Shown here in pieces: positions 49,559 to 62,409 of a stretch of 64,000 bases of DNA (the first letter of the stretch is position 1; each line of letters begins with the position of its first letter). The notes under the pieces are model-generated. The model worked only from the letters and a program-made list of their open reading frames with translations, was not told where the DNA came from and did not search any database. Made by a program: the position numbers and the translations under genes. This stretch comes from Squalus acanthias (taxonomy: Eukaryota), in contig CM059432.1 in NCBI GenBank assembly GCA_030390025.1, positions 10,602,001-10,666,000 of the forward strand. The letters run 5' to 3'.

Positions 49559-51706
49559 GTGGGAGTGATATATAGACCTCCAAACAGTAATAGGGAGGTT
49601 GGGGATGGCATTAAAAGGGAAATTAGAGAAGCATGCAGTAAGGGCACAGCAGTCATCATGGGTGATTTTAATTTACATATAGATTGGGCTAACCAAATTA
49701 GTAAAAATACTGTGGAGGAGGAATTCCTAGAATGTTTACGGGATGGTTTTCTGGAACAATATGTCGAGGAACCAACCAGAGATCAGGCCATCTTAGACTG
49801 GGTATTATGTAACGAGAAAGGATTAATTAGCAATGTTGTTGTACGAGGCCCCTTGGGTCAGAGTGATTATAATATGATAGAATTCTTCATTAGGATGGAG
49901 AGTGAAGTAGTTGAATCAGAGACTAGGGTCCTGAATTTAAATAAAGGAAACTACGATGGTATGAGGCGCAAATTGGGTAGGATTGATTGGGGAATGTCAC
50001 TCAAAGGGTTGACGGTGGATAGGCAATGGCAAACATTCAAAGACTGCATGGATGAACTACAGAATTTGTTCATCCCAGTGTGGCATAAGAATAAAACAAA
50101 AAGGGTGACTCAACCGTGGCTAACAAGGGAAATTAGGGATAGCATAAGATCCAAGGAGAGGGCATATAAATTGGCCAGAAAAAGCGGTAACCCTGAGGAT
50201 TGGGAGCAGTTTAGGATACAACAAAGGAGGACAAAGGGATTAATTAAGAAGGGGAAAATAGAATATGAAAGTAAGCTTGCTGGGAACATAAAAACTGACT
50301 GTAAGAGCTTTTATAGATATGTGAAGAGAAAAAGATTAGTGAAATCAGGTGTCGGTCCCTTGCAGTCAGAAGCGGGGGAAGTTATAATGGGGAACAAAGA
50401 AATGGCAGACCAATTAAATGCATATTTTGGTTCTGTCTTCACAAAGGAGGACACAAATAACCTCCCAGAGATGTTGGAGAACATAGGGTCTGATGAAAGG
50501 GAGGAACTGAAAGAAATCAGTATTTGCAGGGAAATGGCGTTAGGGAAATTGACGGTATTGAAGGCCGATAAATCCCCAGGGCCTGATAATCTACATCCTA
50601 GGGTACTTAAGGAAGTGGCCCTAGAAATAGTAGATGCATTGCTGATCATCTTCCAACAGTCGATGGAATCTGGAACTGTACCCACGGATTGGAGGGTAGC
50701 TAATGTTACCCCACTATTCAAAAAGGGTGGTAGAGAGAAAGCGGGGAATTACAGACTGGTAAGCCTGACATCGGTAGTGGGGAAAATGCTAGAGTCTATT
50801 ATAAAGAATGTAATAGCTGAGCACTTGAAAAACAGTGACAGGATCGGACAAAGTCAACATGGATTTACAAAAGGTAAATCGTGCTTGACTAATCTACTGG
50901 AATTTTTTGAGGATGTAACTGGGAAAATAGATAAGGGAGAACCAGTAGATGTGGTGTATTTGGACTTTCAAAAGGCTTTCGATAAGGTCCCGCATAAGAG
51001 ATTAGCGTGTAAAGTTAAGGCACATGGGATTGGGGGCAAGGTATTGACTTGGATAGAGAACTGGTTGGCGGACAGAAAGCAGAGAGTAGGAATTAATGGG
51101 TCTTTTTCCGAGTGGCAAGCAGTGACTAGTGGGGTACCGCAGGGTTCGGTCCTTGGACCCCAGCTATTCACAATATACATTAATGATCTAGATAAGGGAA
51201 ATAAATGTAATATCTCCAAGTTTGCAGATGACACAAAGCTGGGTGGGAGTGTGTGCTGCGAGGAGGATACCGAGAAACTCCAGGATGATTTGGACAGGTT
51301 GGGTGAGTGGGCAGAAGCGTGGCAGATGCAATATAACATGGATAAATGCGAGGTTATCCACTTTGGTATCAAAAACAGAAAGGCAGACTATTATCTGAAT
51401 GGCAATAGATTGGGAGAAGGGGAAGTGCAACGAGACCTGGGTGTCCTTGTGCACCAGTCGCTGAAGGTAAGCATGCAGGTGCAGCAGGCGGTGAAGAAGG
51501 CAAATGGTATGTTGGCCTTCATAGCGAAAGGGTTTGAGTATAGGAACAGGGATGTCCTGCTGCAGCTGTACAGAGCCTTGGTGAGACCACACCTCGAGTA
51601 CGGTGTGCAGTTTTGGTCGCCTTATCTGAGAAAGGATGTTCTTGCCATGGAAGGAGTTCAGCGAAGATTCACAAGGCTGATACCTGGGATGGCAGGAATG
51701 ACATGA
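49559..51706 (+). pseudogene. CR1 ORF2, largest open segment (715 aa)
   Basis: YRPP, GDFN and RT motifs; highly similar to 4153-6903. Confidence 0.9.
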
Positions 51707-52624
51707 GGAGAGATTGGGTCGATTGGGCTTATACTCGCTGGAGTTTAGAAGAATGAGAGGGGATCTCATCGAAACATATAAAATTCTGACAGGTCTGGAC
51801 AAAATACATGCAGGAAGAATGTTCCCGATGGTCAGAGAGTCCAGAACCAGGGGTCATAATCTAAGGATAAGGGGTAAGCCATTTAGGACAGAAATAAGGA
51901 AGAATTTCTTCACCCAGAGAGTGGTGAACCTGTGGAATTCTCTACCACAGAAGGTAGTTGAGGCCAAGTCATTAAATATATTCAAGAATGAGTTAGATAT
52001 ACTTCTTAAAGCTAAAGGTATCGAGGGATATGGGGAGAAGGCAGGTACAGGGTACTGAGTTTGGATGATCAGCCATGATCTCATCGAATGGCGGAGCAGG
52101 CTCGAGGGGCCGAATGGCCTACTCCTGCTCCTATCTTCTATGTTTCTATGTTTCTATATGTAACAGCACTGTGGGAGTATCTTCACCACACGGACTATAG
52201 CGGTTCAAGGCGGCGGCTCACCACCACCTTTTCAAGGGCATTTAGGGATGGGCAATAAATTCTGGCCTTGCCAACGATGCCCACATCCCGTGAATGAATT
52301 TAAAAGAAAGAGGCAAGGTATACGCTGCCTAAATGGAGATATAGCCAGGGATTAGCAAGCCACTAATGTTCAATCCATGGGTCCCAGCACAGAATCAACA
52401 CCCGTGGGTTAATGAACTACACCCATCTCAGTTAAGTACAACAATTAAAGCTTAACTATTTTGTTAAACTGTAACAATTTAACTGCTTTCATAATTCCCT
52501 CATTACACAGCCATTGTTACAGGCAGTAACAAAAACGTGTAGCGAAACTATCCAGGAAACAGAGGGAAGAATGCCATAAGCCTGCATTTTCTGACCAGGT
52601 ATGAGTCTGACCAGATAGAAAGCA

Positions 52625-52800
52625 AGAAACAGTTGCATTTATATAGCGCCTTTCTCAACCTCAGGACTTCCCAAAATGCTTTACAGCCAATGAAGTACTT
52701 CCAGATAATCTGTTTAAGTGATGTTAGTTGAGGGATTAATATTGTCCGAGGACAACTCCCCCACTCTTCTTCGAAATATCACCATGGGATCTTTTATAAG
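52625..52800 (-). mobile_element. SacSINE1-like fragment
   Basis: TTGCATTTATATAGCGCCTTT...CCATGGGATCTTTTA. Confidence 0.75.
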
Positions 52801-52964
52801 TAGGGCAGAACATAGTTCACACCTGGCCTATATTTTGAGCACTAACATCACCATAACTTCCGGTGGAATTTTTTGGCCGAACTCCCAGCATCCAAAACAC
52901 CTTTGCTTGGGAGGCCACCCATTCTGGGGGTGGGCAATAATATGCTCCGCAGTATTTAAAGGTA

Positions 52965-53780
52965 TGCTGCTGGGCAGTAAGGTGGCAGATGGAGAATAAT
53001 GTGGGAAATGTGAGGTTATTAACTTTTGGTAGGAAGAATGGAAAGAGAGAATTTTTTTTAAATGGTGAGAAACTATTAAATGATGGTGGTCAGAGAGATT
53101 TAGGAGTCCTCATACAGTAAACAGAGAGCATGCAGGTACAACAAACAATTAGGAAGGCAAATAGCATGTTGGCCTTTATTGCAAGGGGGTTGGAGTACAA
53201 GAGTAAGGAAGTCTTACTACAATTGTACAGGGCTTTGGGGAGACCACACCTGGAGTACTGTGCACAGTTTTGGTGAAGAAGGATATACTTGCCTTAGAGG
53301 CGGTGCAACAAAGTTTCACTAGATTGATTCCTGGGATGAGAGGGTTGTCCTATGAGGAGAGATTGAGCCTATACTCTCTGGAGTTTAGAAGAATGAGAGG
53401 TGATCGCATTGCAACATATAAGATTCGGAGAGGGATTAACAGGGTAGACGCTGAGAGGCTGTTTCCCCTGGCTGGAGAGTCTAGAACTAGGGACCACAGT
53501 CTCAGGATAAGGGGTCGACAATTTAAGACCGAGATGAGGAGGAATTTCTTTACGCAGAGGGTTGTGAATCTTTGGAATTCCCTGCCCCAGAGGGCTGTGG
53601 ATGCTCAATCATTGAGTATATTCAAGACAGAGGTCGATAGATTTTTGGGCACTAAGGAAATCAAGGGATTTGGAGATCGGGCGGGAAAGTGGAGTTGAGG
53701 TCGAAGATCAGCCACAATCGTATTGAATGGCGGAGCAGGCTCGAGGCGCCGTCGGGTCTACTCCTGCTCCTAATTCTTGT
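52965..53780 (+). mobile_element. CR1 3' fragment
   Basis: ORF 53270-53698 and the 3' UTR. Confidence 0.88.
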
Positions 53781-53958
53781 TGCGTTAAGGGGGCACGCAT
53801 CATTAGCTTTTCTGTAAAGGGACAAACGTTCAGAGATCCCAGAATGGCTGCCAGGTTTGCAGGAGGACAGAGTGTCCCCAGGTGATAGAGCAGCGAAAGT
53901 ACTGTAGCAAGAAATGAGGTAGAGGAGGGCCGTACTCTTTGGTAATGAGCACTGTAGG

Positions 53959-54120
53959 ATGATGGAAGGAAGGAGACCAAAGGCTGTGCCCAGATTTAAT
54001 GATGCTTCCCTAGATGTCATGATGGGCGCAGTAAGGGCCAACATGATGGTCCTCTTTCCCAGCAATGGGAAAAAGAAACCGGCACCTACCACAAAGAAGG
54101 TGTGGTTGGAGGTGGGCTAA
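53959..54120 (+). pseudogene. Harbinger Myb/SANT-like ORF remnant
   Basis: Manual translation MMEGRRPKAVPRFNDASLDVMMGAVRANMMVLFPSNGKKKPAPTTKKVWLEVG*; homologous to 8070-8300; cut by the CR1 at 54122. Confidence 0.75.
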
Positions 54121-54121
54121 A

Positions 54122-54515
54122 AAGAACATAAGAAATAAGAGCAGGAGTAAGCCATAGGGCCCCATGCGCCAGCTTCACCATACAATAAGATCATGGCTGA
54201 TCATTGACCTCAACTCCACTTTCCCGCCCGATCTCCATTGCCCTTGATTTCTCCTAGAGTCCAAAAATCTATCGATCTCAGCCTTGAATATACTCAAAGA
54301 CTCAGCATTCACAGCCCTCTGGGGCAGAGAATTCCAAAGATTCACAACCCTCTGCGTGAAGAAATTCCTCCTCATCTCAGTCTTAAATGGCCTACCCCCT
54401 ATCCCGAGACTATGCCCCCTGGTTCTAGACACTCCAGCCAGGGGAAACAACCACTCAGCATCTATCCTGTCAATCCCCTTCAGAATTTTGTATGTTTTAA
54501 TGAGATCACCTCTCA
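54122..54515 (-). mobile_element. CR1 3' end
   Basis: ORF 54175-54537; AAGAACATAAGAA tail on the plus strand. Confidence 0.87.
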
Positions 54516-55072
54516 TGCTGAAGTAGCGCTCCACCACAATACAGTCAGCTCCTTAGCATGGTGGAGGAGCAGTGTATGAGGAGCCTGTGATTAATGTGTG
54601 CCAACTGATCAGTGAACATGTAAAGGAACAGTCAACCAATGCACGACAAGTGACAAGTCAAGTTTACCATTGCCCTCAACTTTTTTGCCGAGGCACCTTC
54701 TGGGTATCCAACAGGGACATCACACCAATCAGCCACTTCATGGCTGATTCCATTAAGCAGATACCCAAAGATCTGTATCACAAGGTACCCTGCTAATTGT
54801 ATCTCAGGGAGGAATAGTACTAGATCAGTTCCACCTGCAAGGAGACAGGTATTTAAGCAGCTCATTGCTCAGATCTTCGAGTGGCTTTTGAAAGTACCTT
54901 CCTACAGTGTGTTTTCTGTCCCATCACAACATGTATAATGTGATTTGCCATGACCTGTTATTTTTTACTTGTTACTCTTAACTAACATTTTTCTGTAGAG
55001 GTGAAATGTTTACCACATATTTATTTTACAACTACTATGCGAGAGATGATGCCTGAGCTGCATAAACATCCT

Positions 55073-55545
55073 AGGAACATAGGAACAGGAGTAGTCCATT
55101 TAGCCCCGAGTCTGTCCCACCATTCAGTGAGGTCGTGGCTGACCTGTGACCTAACACTATATACCCGCCTTTGCCCCATATCCCTTAATGCCGTTGGTTA
55201 ACAAAAAATCAATCTCTGATTTAAAATTAACTGATCTTGTATCAATCGCCGTTTGCAGAAGAGAGTTCCAAACTTCTACCACCCTTTGTGTGTAGAAGTA
55301 TTTCCTAATGTCACTCCTGAAAGACCTGGCTCTAATTTTTAGACTATGCCCCCTAGTCCCGGACTCCCAAACCAGCGGAAATAGTTTCTCTCTATCTACC
55401 CTATCTGCTCCCCTTAATATCTTGAAAACTTCGATCAGATCACCCCTTAACCTTCTAAATTCCAGGGAATACAACCGTAATTTGTGTAATCTCTCCTCGT
55501 AACTTAAGTCCAAGAATCATTCTGGTAAACCTACGCTGCACTCCT
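55073..55545 (-). mobile_element. CR1 3' end (different subfamily)
   Basis: ORF 55157-55513; AGGAACATAGGAAC tail on the plus strand. Confidence 0.85.
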
Positions 55546-55749
55546 GTGCTGTTGCTTTAATATTGATAACTTACCTTCCTACTCTTCTACTTCTGGACCT
55601 ACTGCCAGGTCCTCCAAGTTATAGAGGCAGATTGGCATTGTCTGTCATCTATTGCCACTCTTCCTACCTTTTTGGGCTGTGCCGGTCATTCCATTACACT
55701 GTCTATAAGAACCGAAAGGGCCTCATCCGCTTACTATACTTGTGAACTT

Positions 55750-57190
55750 ATTTTTTATTCGTTCCTGGGATGTGGGAGTCGCTGGCAAGGCCAGCCTTTA
55801 TTGCCCATCCCCAATTGCCCTCGAGAAGGTGGTGGTGAGCAGTCTTCCTGAACCGCTGCAGTTCGTGTGGTGAAAGTACTCCCACAGTGCTGTTGGGTAG
55901 AGAGTTCAAGGATTTTGACCCAGCGGCGATGAAGGAACGGCGATATTGAAGGAACTAGTCGTGCCTCTAGCCAAGCTGTTCCAGTACAGCTAAAAGACTG
56001 GCATTTTTCCAACAACGTGGAAAACTGCCCAGGTATGCCCGGTCCACAAAAAGCAGGACAAATCCAACCCGGCCAATTACCGCCCCATTAGTCTACTCTC
56101 AATCATCAGCAAAGTGAAGGAAGGTGTCGTCGACAGTGCTATCAAGCGTTACTTACTCACCAATAACCTGCTCACTGATGCCCAGTTTGGGTTCCGCCAA
56201 GACCACTCAGCTCCCGACCTCATTACAGCCTTGGCCCAAACATGGACAAAGGAGCTGAAAGGAGGTGAGGGGAGAGTGACTGCCCTTGACATCAAGATAG
56301 CATTTGACCAAGTATGGCATTTAGGAGCCCCAGTAAAACTGAAGTCAATGGGAGTCGGGGGGAAAACGCTCCACTGGCTGGAGTCATACCGAGCACAAAG
56401 GAAGATGGTTGCGGTGGTTGAAGGTCAATCATCACAGCCCCAAGACATCGCGGCAGAAGTTCCTCAGGGCAGTGTCCTAGACCCAACCATCTTCAGCTGC
56501 TTCATCAATGACCTGCTCTCCAACAAAGGGTCATGGGGATGTTCGCTGATGACTGCACAATTGATTGGCACCCCATCCACCACCTTAAACATTCACTCCC
56601 TCCACCACTGGTGCACCATGGCTGCAGTGTGCACCATCTACAAGATGCACTGCAGCAACTCGCCAAGGCTTCTTCAGCAGCACCTCCCAAACCCGCGACC
56701 TCTTCCACCTAGGACAAGGGCAGCAGGCGCATGGCAACACCACCACCTCCAAGTTGCCCTCCAAGTCACACGCCATCCTGACTTGGAAATATATCGGCGT
56801 TCCTTCATCGTCGCTGGGTCAAAATCCTGGAAGTCCCTCCCTAACAGCACTGTGGGAGTACCTTCACCACACAGTCTGCAGCAGTTCAAGGCGGCAGCTC
56901 ACCACCACCTTCGAGGGCAATTAGGGATGGGCAATAAATGCTGGCCTTGCCAGCGATGCCCACATCCCATAAACAAATAAATTTAAAAAAAATATTTCCA
57001 AGTCAGGATGGTGTGACTTGGAAGGGAACTTGGAGGTGATGGTGTTCCCATGCGTCTGCTGCCCTTGCCCTTCTAGGTGGTAGAGGTCGTTGGGTTTGGG
57101 AGGTGGTTTCGACGAAGCCTTGGCGAGTTGCTGCAGTGCATCTTGTAGATGGTACACACTGCAGCCACGGTACACCGGTGGTGGAGGGAG
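55750..57190. mobile_element. Cluster of family-B LINE pieces: 55750-55946 (-), 55950-56990 (+), 56992-57190 (-)
   Basis: ORF 56114-56980 carries RT motifs fused to the C-terminus by an internal deletion; the flanking pieces are inverted. Confidence 0.85.
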
Positions 57191-59321
57191 CTCCCAGCCT
57201 TGATCCCCAACCTGCTGGTGCTGGAAGAGAAGGTACTCACCACCTGGCTGACTCCAACTGTTGGCCCTGCGCAAATCCTCTGAACGAAGCTGGGAACAGG
57301 GCCAAATGTCTACTTCTTCTGGGCAACCACCTGGCATTGAGGCATGACGACACTCAGAATTAGTGTCCAGACCACCTGTTGCCTAATATCCACTCAATCT
57401 TGCTTGGGATCCCATTATATCGCTGCCCTCTCAGAGTTGTTACAGGACGGAATGTTTTGCCACAGGGAGTACTTGAAGCAGAAACTATTGCATCTTTTAA
57501 AAGGGAGTAGATAAATATTTGGGACAGAGTAAGATATAGGGCTATGGAGGAGAGAGTAGAGGGTTAGTGGAATTAACTTGTCCAGAGAATCATGTAAACC
57601 AAACAAACTACATCCACCAAAAAAAGCAGCAACATTTTTTGATTGATCAGTTTCTCTCGACAAACCGAGTGTTTGACCAGGACTTCAAATGAGCCACATA
57701 TTCAAACCATCATTCAGTCTTCCTGTGTCAGATTTGAAGATCACAATTTTTGATTCATTGCCACTTTAGCATCACACTTTGACTTAGCCAAATTTCATAT
57801 TCAGAAAATATCACATACAAAAATCTACCCATAAGGCAAAGCAGAACTAATTTAATTTACCCCATTTCTTTTCGCCCACAACCACTCAAAAATCCAAAAC
57901 TAATAGAAAGAGGAAAAATACACCATTAACAAAAGACCATCAGCAAATACAGGACAAGTCCATTAAGTGCCAAGTAGCAGCTTTAAGCTGGCAAAAGACC
58001 AGATTAGGGAGGCAAGAAAATGGCAGGATTGTGTTAGGTTGGATAGCAGAGTGATTTTCTACCTACCTCCCCCAGCAGTTCAGCTCCCGAACACACCACC
58101 CAACCCACAAGAACCTCTTCAGTCTGATACACCGCAGGCTTCACCCAGTGCTCCAGACCCCATCACCCCCATAGTATTCAACACAACCCCTCCCGGTGTT
58201 GAACAACATGCAGCCCATTACCAAGTCGCAAGTTACATAGAAAATACAACACAGAAGCAACAACTTGTATTTACACAGCACCTTTAACGTCGTAAAACGT
58301 CCCAAGGCGTTTCACAGGTGAGTTATCAAACAAAATTTGACAGGACGTTTGGCTAAACCAATCTGTTTTACTGTTTATCCTCAACGAGAAATAGTCCTAA
58401 TCCCTGTTACCATATCTCTAAAGTTTTCCACCACTGTCTAACCTAATCTTCTACATTGACATGGTCTCCGATTCGATTCCATCGCTAATTTCAGTAGCAC
58501 ATTCCATAGTCGCACAGCCCTCCATGTAAAAAAAAAATTCCCCTGCTCTCTATCTTAAATCTCTTACATTTAATCTTATATCTATGTCCCCCTCAACCAC
58601 TGGAAACAGTCCTGTTTCTATCTACCCTATTCCCAACCCTTTACAATTCTAAAACACCAGTATCAACTCACCCCAAAATCTCGTAACTCCATGACATTTC
58701 ACAGTACTCTCGGAAGGAAACTGGAGTACAGAATTTATTGCAAGTGCCCGGTGTTCTACAAGAAGTTAATTCGACAGGTCACTTCAATGCTGTGAGTTAC
58801 CATTTTACCTTTAGACAGGAGTTTAAAAATGTGTACATATCCACAGATAATATTTGGGGATTAAGAGATTAATGGTGTAGATGGGTGTAATCATTAACTA
58901 CCAATAAACACATCTTGTTAAAATTACATTTTTGGCATTGCCCCAAACTCCTCCAGGCAATTTGTGTTCACTTGAAGCCAGCTTCAAACTCTGCCATCAA
59001 CATTTTGGCACACTTTAATCCAGCTCCGAGACGCTCTTCCCTGTTGCTCTGCTCACCAGATTACAGCCTTATCGCTGGGACGGCAGGTTACAAAAAAATA
59101 CTCCAGGGAGGTACAAGGCTACCCAATTTAATCACAGGGGTTCAGATTAGTGTACACGCCACTCAAGCCTTACGTGACTGTTAGAAGCATGTCCCTAGCG
59201 TACAGTTTACATCTTTCAGGCCTATGTATTATTCCATAAAACTTGGGGGGGCGAATTCTCTCTTTAAAAAGGAGTTTCTTTGAAAGCAAAGGCTAACTAG
59301 CTCACAAATAATCTTCCAATC

Positions 59322-59975
59322 AACAACAACTTGTATTTATATAGCGCCTTTAACGTAGTAAAACGTCCCAAGGCGCTTCACAGGAGAGTTATCGGACAGA
59401 ACTTGACACCGAGCCACATAAAGAAATATTAGGACAAGTGACAAAAAGTGTGGTCGAAGAGGTAGGTTTGAAGCAGCACCTTAAAGGAGGAGAGGCAGTG
59501 AGGTTTAGGGAGGGAATTCCAGAGTTTAGGGCCGAGGCAGCTGAAGGTACGGCCGCCAACGGTGGAAATCCGGGATACGCAAGAAGCCAGAGTTGGAGAA
59601 GCGCAGAGAACTTCGGAGAGTTTGTAGGGATGGAGGAGGTTAAAGAGCTAGGGAGGGGCGAGGCCATGGAAGGATTTGAACACGATGATCATTTTAAAAG
59701 CGTTGCCAGACCGAGAGCCAATGTAGGTCAAGAAGCACAAGCCTGACGGGTGAATGGAATTTGGTGGGAGTTAGGATGCGGGCAGCAGAGTTTTGGATGA
59801 GGTCAAGTTTATGGAGGGTGGAAGATGGGAGGCCGGCCAGGAGAGCGTTGGCGAGTCAAGTCTGGAAAGGACAAAGGGATGAACGAGGGTTTTAGCAGCA
59901 GATGAGCTGAGGCAGGGGGTGGAGACGGGCGATTATTACGGAGGTGGAAGTAGACTGTCTTTGGTGATGGAAAGG
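59322..59975 (-). mobile_element. L2 LINE 3' portion
   Basis: AACAACAACTTGTATTTATATAGCGCC tail on the plus strand; reverse complement of the L2 pieces at 14176 and 19830. Confidence 0.85.
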
Positions 59976-59989
59976 AAATCCCGCCAACG

Positions 59990-60083
59990 CTCTTCTTGTG
60001 CTCAAGTCCCTGGAGTGGGGCTGGAACCCACAACCTTCTGACTCAGAGGCGAGAGTGCTACCCACTGAGCCACGGCTGACACA
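59990..60083 (-). mobile_element. SacSINE1-like tRNA head fragment
   Basis: GTGCTCAAGTCCCTGGAGTGGG...CCACTGAGCCACGGCTGACAC. Confidence 0.8.
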
Positions 60084-60845
60084 GACTCAAGGAGGTGACC
60101 CAATTGAAGTTTTCAAATTTATGAAAGCGACCGATAAAGCTGCTCCGGATAAATTGTTCACCCAGACAAAAAGTTCTGGGAAAGTCGCAGCAAAACAAGC
60201 GATTGAGGCTGAGCTATTTCACAAAAAAAAACATAATCGAGCGAGTTACTGGAGAAGATGATCGAAGTAAACAGCGTAAAATGGGTTCAAAAGATGGCCA
60301 GATTATATTTCTTCAGAAAACACACGAACAGGAAGCTTTGGTTCTATCCCAGTGTGTTCAGAAACTCAAATTACAGGCAGTGAGAACAAAACCTTTTGTT
60401 TTAATAAATCAACTTTTTTTTTTAATTATATTGAACAACCGACCCAACTTTCTAACATCATTTCTTGAACTTGGTCATCCTAAAAAGAAAGTAAAAAGTT
60501 CAGTATCCAAAAATGTTGCAAACAAAAATATAATATACTTGCACGTAAGACACAAGCAAGTATTGTACAAAGAAATTTTTTTTTAAAAAACACACATTCC
60601 AGCAAGACATTGTTTCTTGTGCATCTAACAACTCAGAACACTGGTGCACCGAGAACCTCAGCCTGAACCCACAGTCATCTAAAATATCTTCCAGGCCTAG
60701 TTGGCATAAATGTCAGTCTTACAATACTGTATTTCAAAGCAGTCTTCAAAAGGGTTAACTTCTGTAGTTAAGTCCTCTCGAGTACTGGAGTTCCAGGTCT
60801 TCAGAATGAAGTTCCCAGCGAAAAAATGGAGCTTTGTTCGTTTGC

Positions 60846-60883
60846 TTATGGCAGCTTTTCAAACGCAAAAACTAAGTATATGC
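60846..60883 (-). CDS. RNMT: RNMT last coding exon: (S)IYLVFAFEKLP*
   Basis: Acceptor TTTCTTCGTAG; phase matches the preceding exon (A+GC = Ser); matches the vertebrate RNMT C-terminus SIYLVFAFEK. Confidence 0.93.
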
Positions 60884-61615
60884 CTACGAAGAAAGTACAC
60901 AAAAAAGGATGGTTAACTGTGGTTCTAACGCCAACCCTTGTTTTCAGATACAATGAACTGCCATACATAGCCATGGGCAATGGATGTCAATATTTTCACA
61001 AATCGCTTACTTTATTATTGTTACTCACACCTACTCAAGACAAGATATATTAACCAGGAAATGGGGGTGGGTGGAGGGGAAAAGATTAAAAAAAAGTACG
61101 AGATCAAGAAGTGAGGAACGCTTGATATGCATATATGGTCATCGCTGCCATCATTTTACTCAACTAATCGTTTACTGATCTTCCGCAAGTGGCCACTGAA
61201 GCACAGCCAATCGAGGCTTTTAAGACAGAGCTAGGTAAAAGTCGTGACAGTACAAGGAAAGAGCAAGAAAATACAATTAGAGCGAGCTGCTGATAGTTTC
61301 GCGGGGGAGCGATCCAATTAGCCAAAGATGCATTTCTGTCTAACCTGTTCCTCCACACCTGAACTCAGGGTTACGTTGGGGTGTGGAGAAAAAGGTGGAG
61401 AGACAGAGAACGACTGCATTTTGTAAACAAAGCCATGAGAATATTGAAAAGCCCTGCACAGAATGTAGTGAAGTGCAAAAATATGCTCCTTGTGCTTGAT
61501 GTTCTTGCAGGTGCATTGTACCCACGCCATCTGCTGGCAGCAGTAGCATCCTACAAGTGTTTTACTGCATTTTTATTCACAGTGCAAGATAAAAGGCACA
61601 GAATTACAACAGCAC

Positions 61616-61778
61616 CAATGCTCCCTTTAATTTTTCTTTTCGTGCGCAGTCCCTTTAAATTGCTGCGCGGCCCATTCAAATTTTGCGCACGCATGATTTC
61701 TACAATGCAAAAGCCGGTGAGCGGCCTGTGCAGGATCCCTCAGACACTGCGCATCCGCGCGGCTCCGGGTGAACACTG
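61616..61778. mobile_element. hAT-type MITE, 163 bp, in the last RNMT intron
   Basis: Ends CAATGCTCCCTTTAA and GGGTGAACACTG; 8-bp TSD AACAGCAC / GACAGCAC; related to 30814-30940. Confidence 0.72.
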
Positions 61779-62117
61779 GACAGCACAAGCCCATTGTAGC
61801 GGTTTCTTAAATTTTTTAAGGATCAACAAAATGTTCCATCTTTAATTTATCCATTTTGGTTAAACACAAGCCCAGTAAGTGATGACAAAAGTCGACAATT
61901 TCCTTGAAAACAGAATGTATAAAAATATTACGGCAGAATAAATATATAAAAATAAAGACAGACGGTCAACAAGTGTTGCAAGATCAGCCTCTTTACTATC
62001 AAGTATTTGTGGAGGAGGAATATCAATACCAATCAAGGCTCATTTAACTCCATATGTTGAAGAAACGGTCATTTAGAATTTGATAAAAAGAGTGGTGTTT
62101 TAAATAGTTATACTTAC

Positions 62118-62151
62118 TTGTAGCCTCCCACTCAGATTTGCTTAACGTTCC
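62118..62151 (-). CDS. RNMT: RNMT penultimate exon (34 nt): GTLSKSEWEAT(S)
   Basis: TTTTACAG acceptor and GTAAGT donor; peptide identical to the conserved RNMT motif GTLSKSEWEA. Confidence 0.95.
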
Positions 62152-62409
62152 CTGTAAAACAAATATCACAAGATAAGCAGATCATTTTTGTCGTGACTCA
62201 AGGGTCAAATGAAAAATTCATTAATGCATATTCCAGGAATAGTTGACTACCATCCCTCAATATTTCAAATAGTCATTCATCCCTTTTCAAAAAAGGTACA
62301 TTGTCTGCTTCCCACAGGTTTGATTCCAAGATGTCTTTCTTTGCAGTTAATTTCAACAACTTTTTAAATATAAAATGGCTATTAATTCTAAAGTAATGCA
62401 ATGCTTTCA

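Larger units (their letters stand above)
48360..52157 (+). mobile_element. Long CR1 LINE with the ORF1 esterase region and a disrupted ORF2
   Basis: ORF1 C-terminus followed by ORF2 (LCLNARSIRNK), with a stop at 49332-49334 and frameshifts near 49480 and 51700; (TTTCTATG)n tail. Confidence 0.93.
47828..52290 (+). mobile_element. Family-B LINE remnant (47828-48359 and 52161-52290) split by a CR1
   Basis: ...AAAATCCTGGAACTCCC at 48359 resumes as TAACAGCACTGTGGGAG at 52161. Confidence 0.85.
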
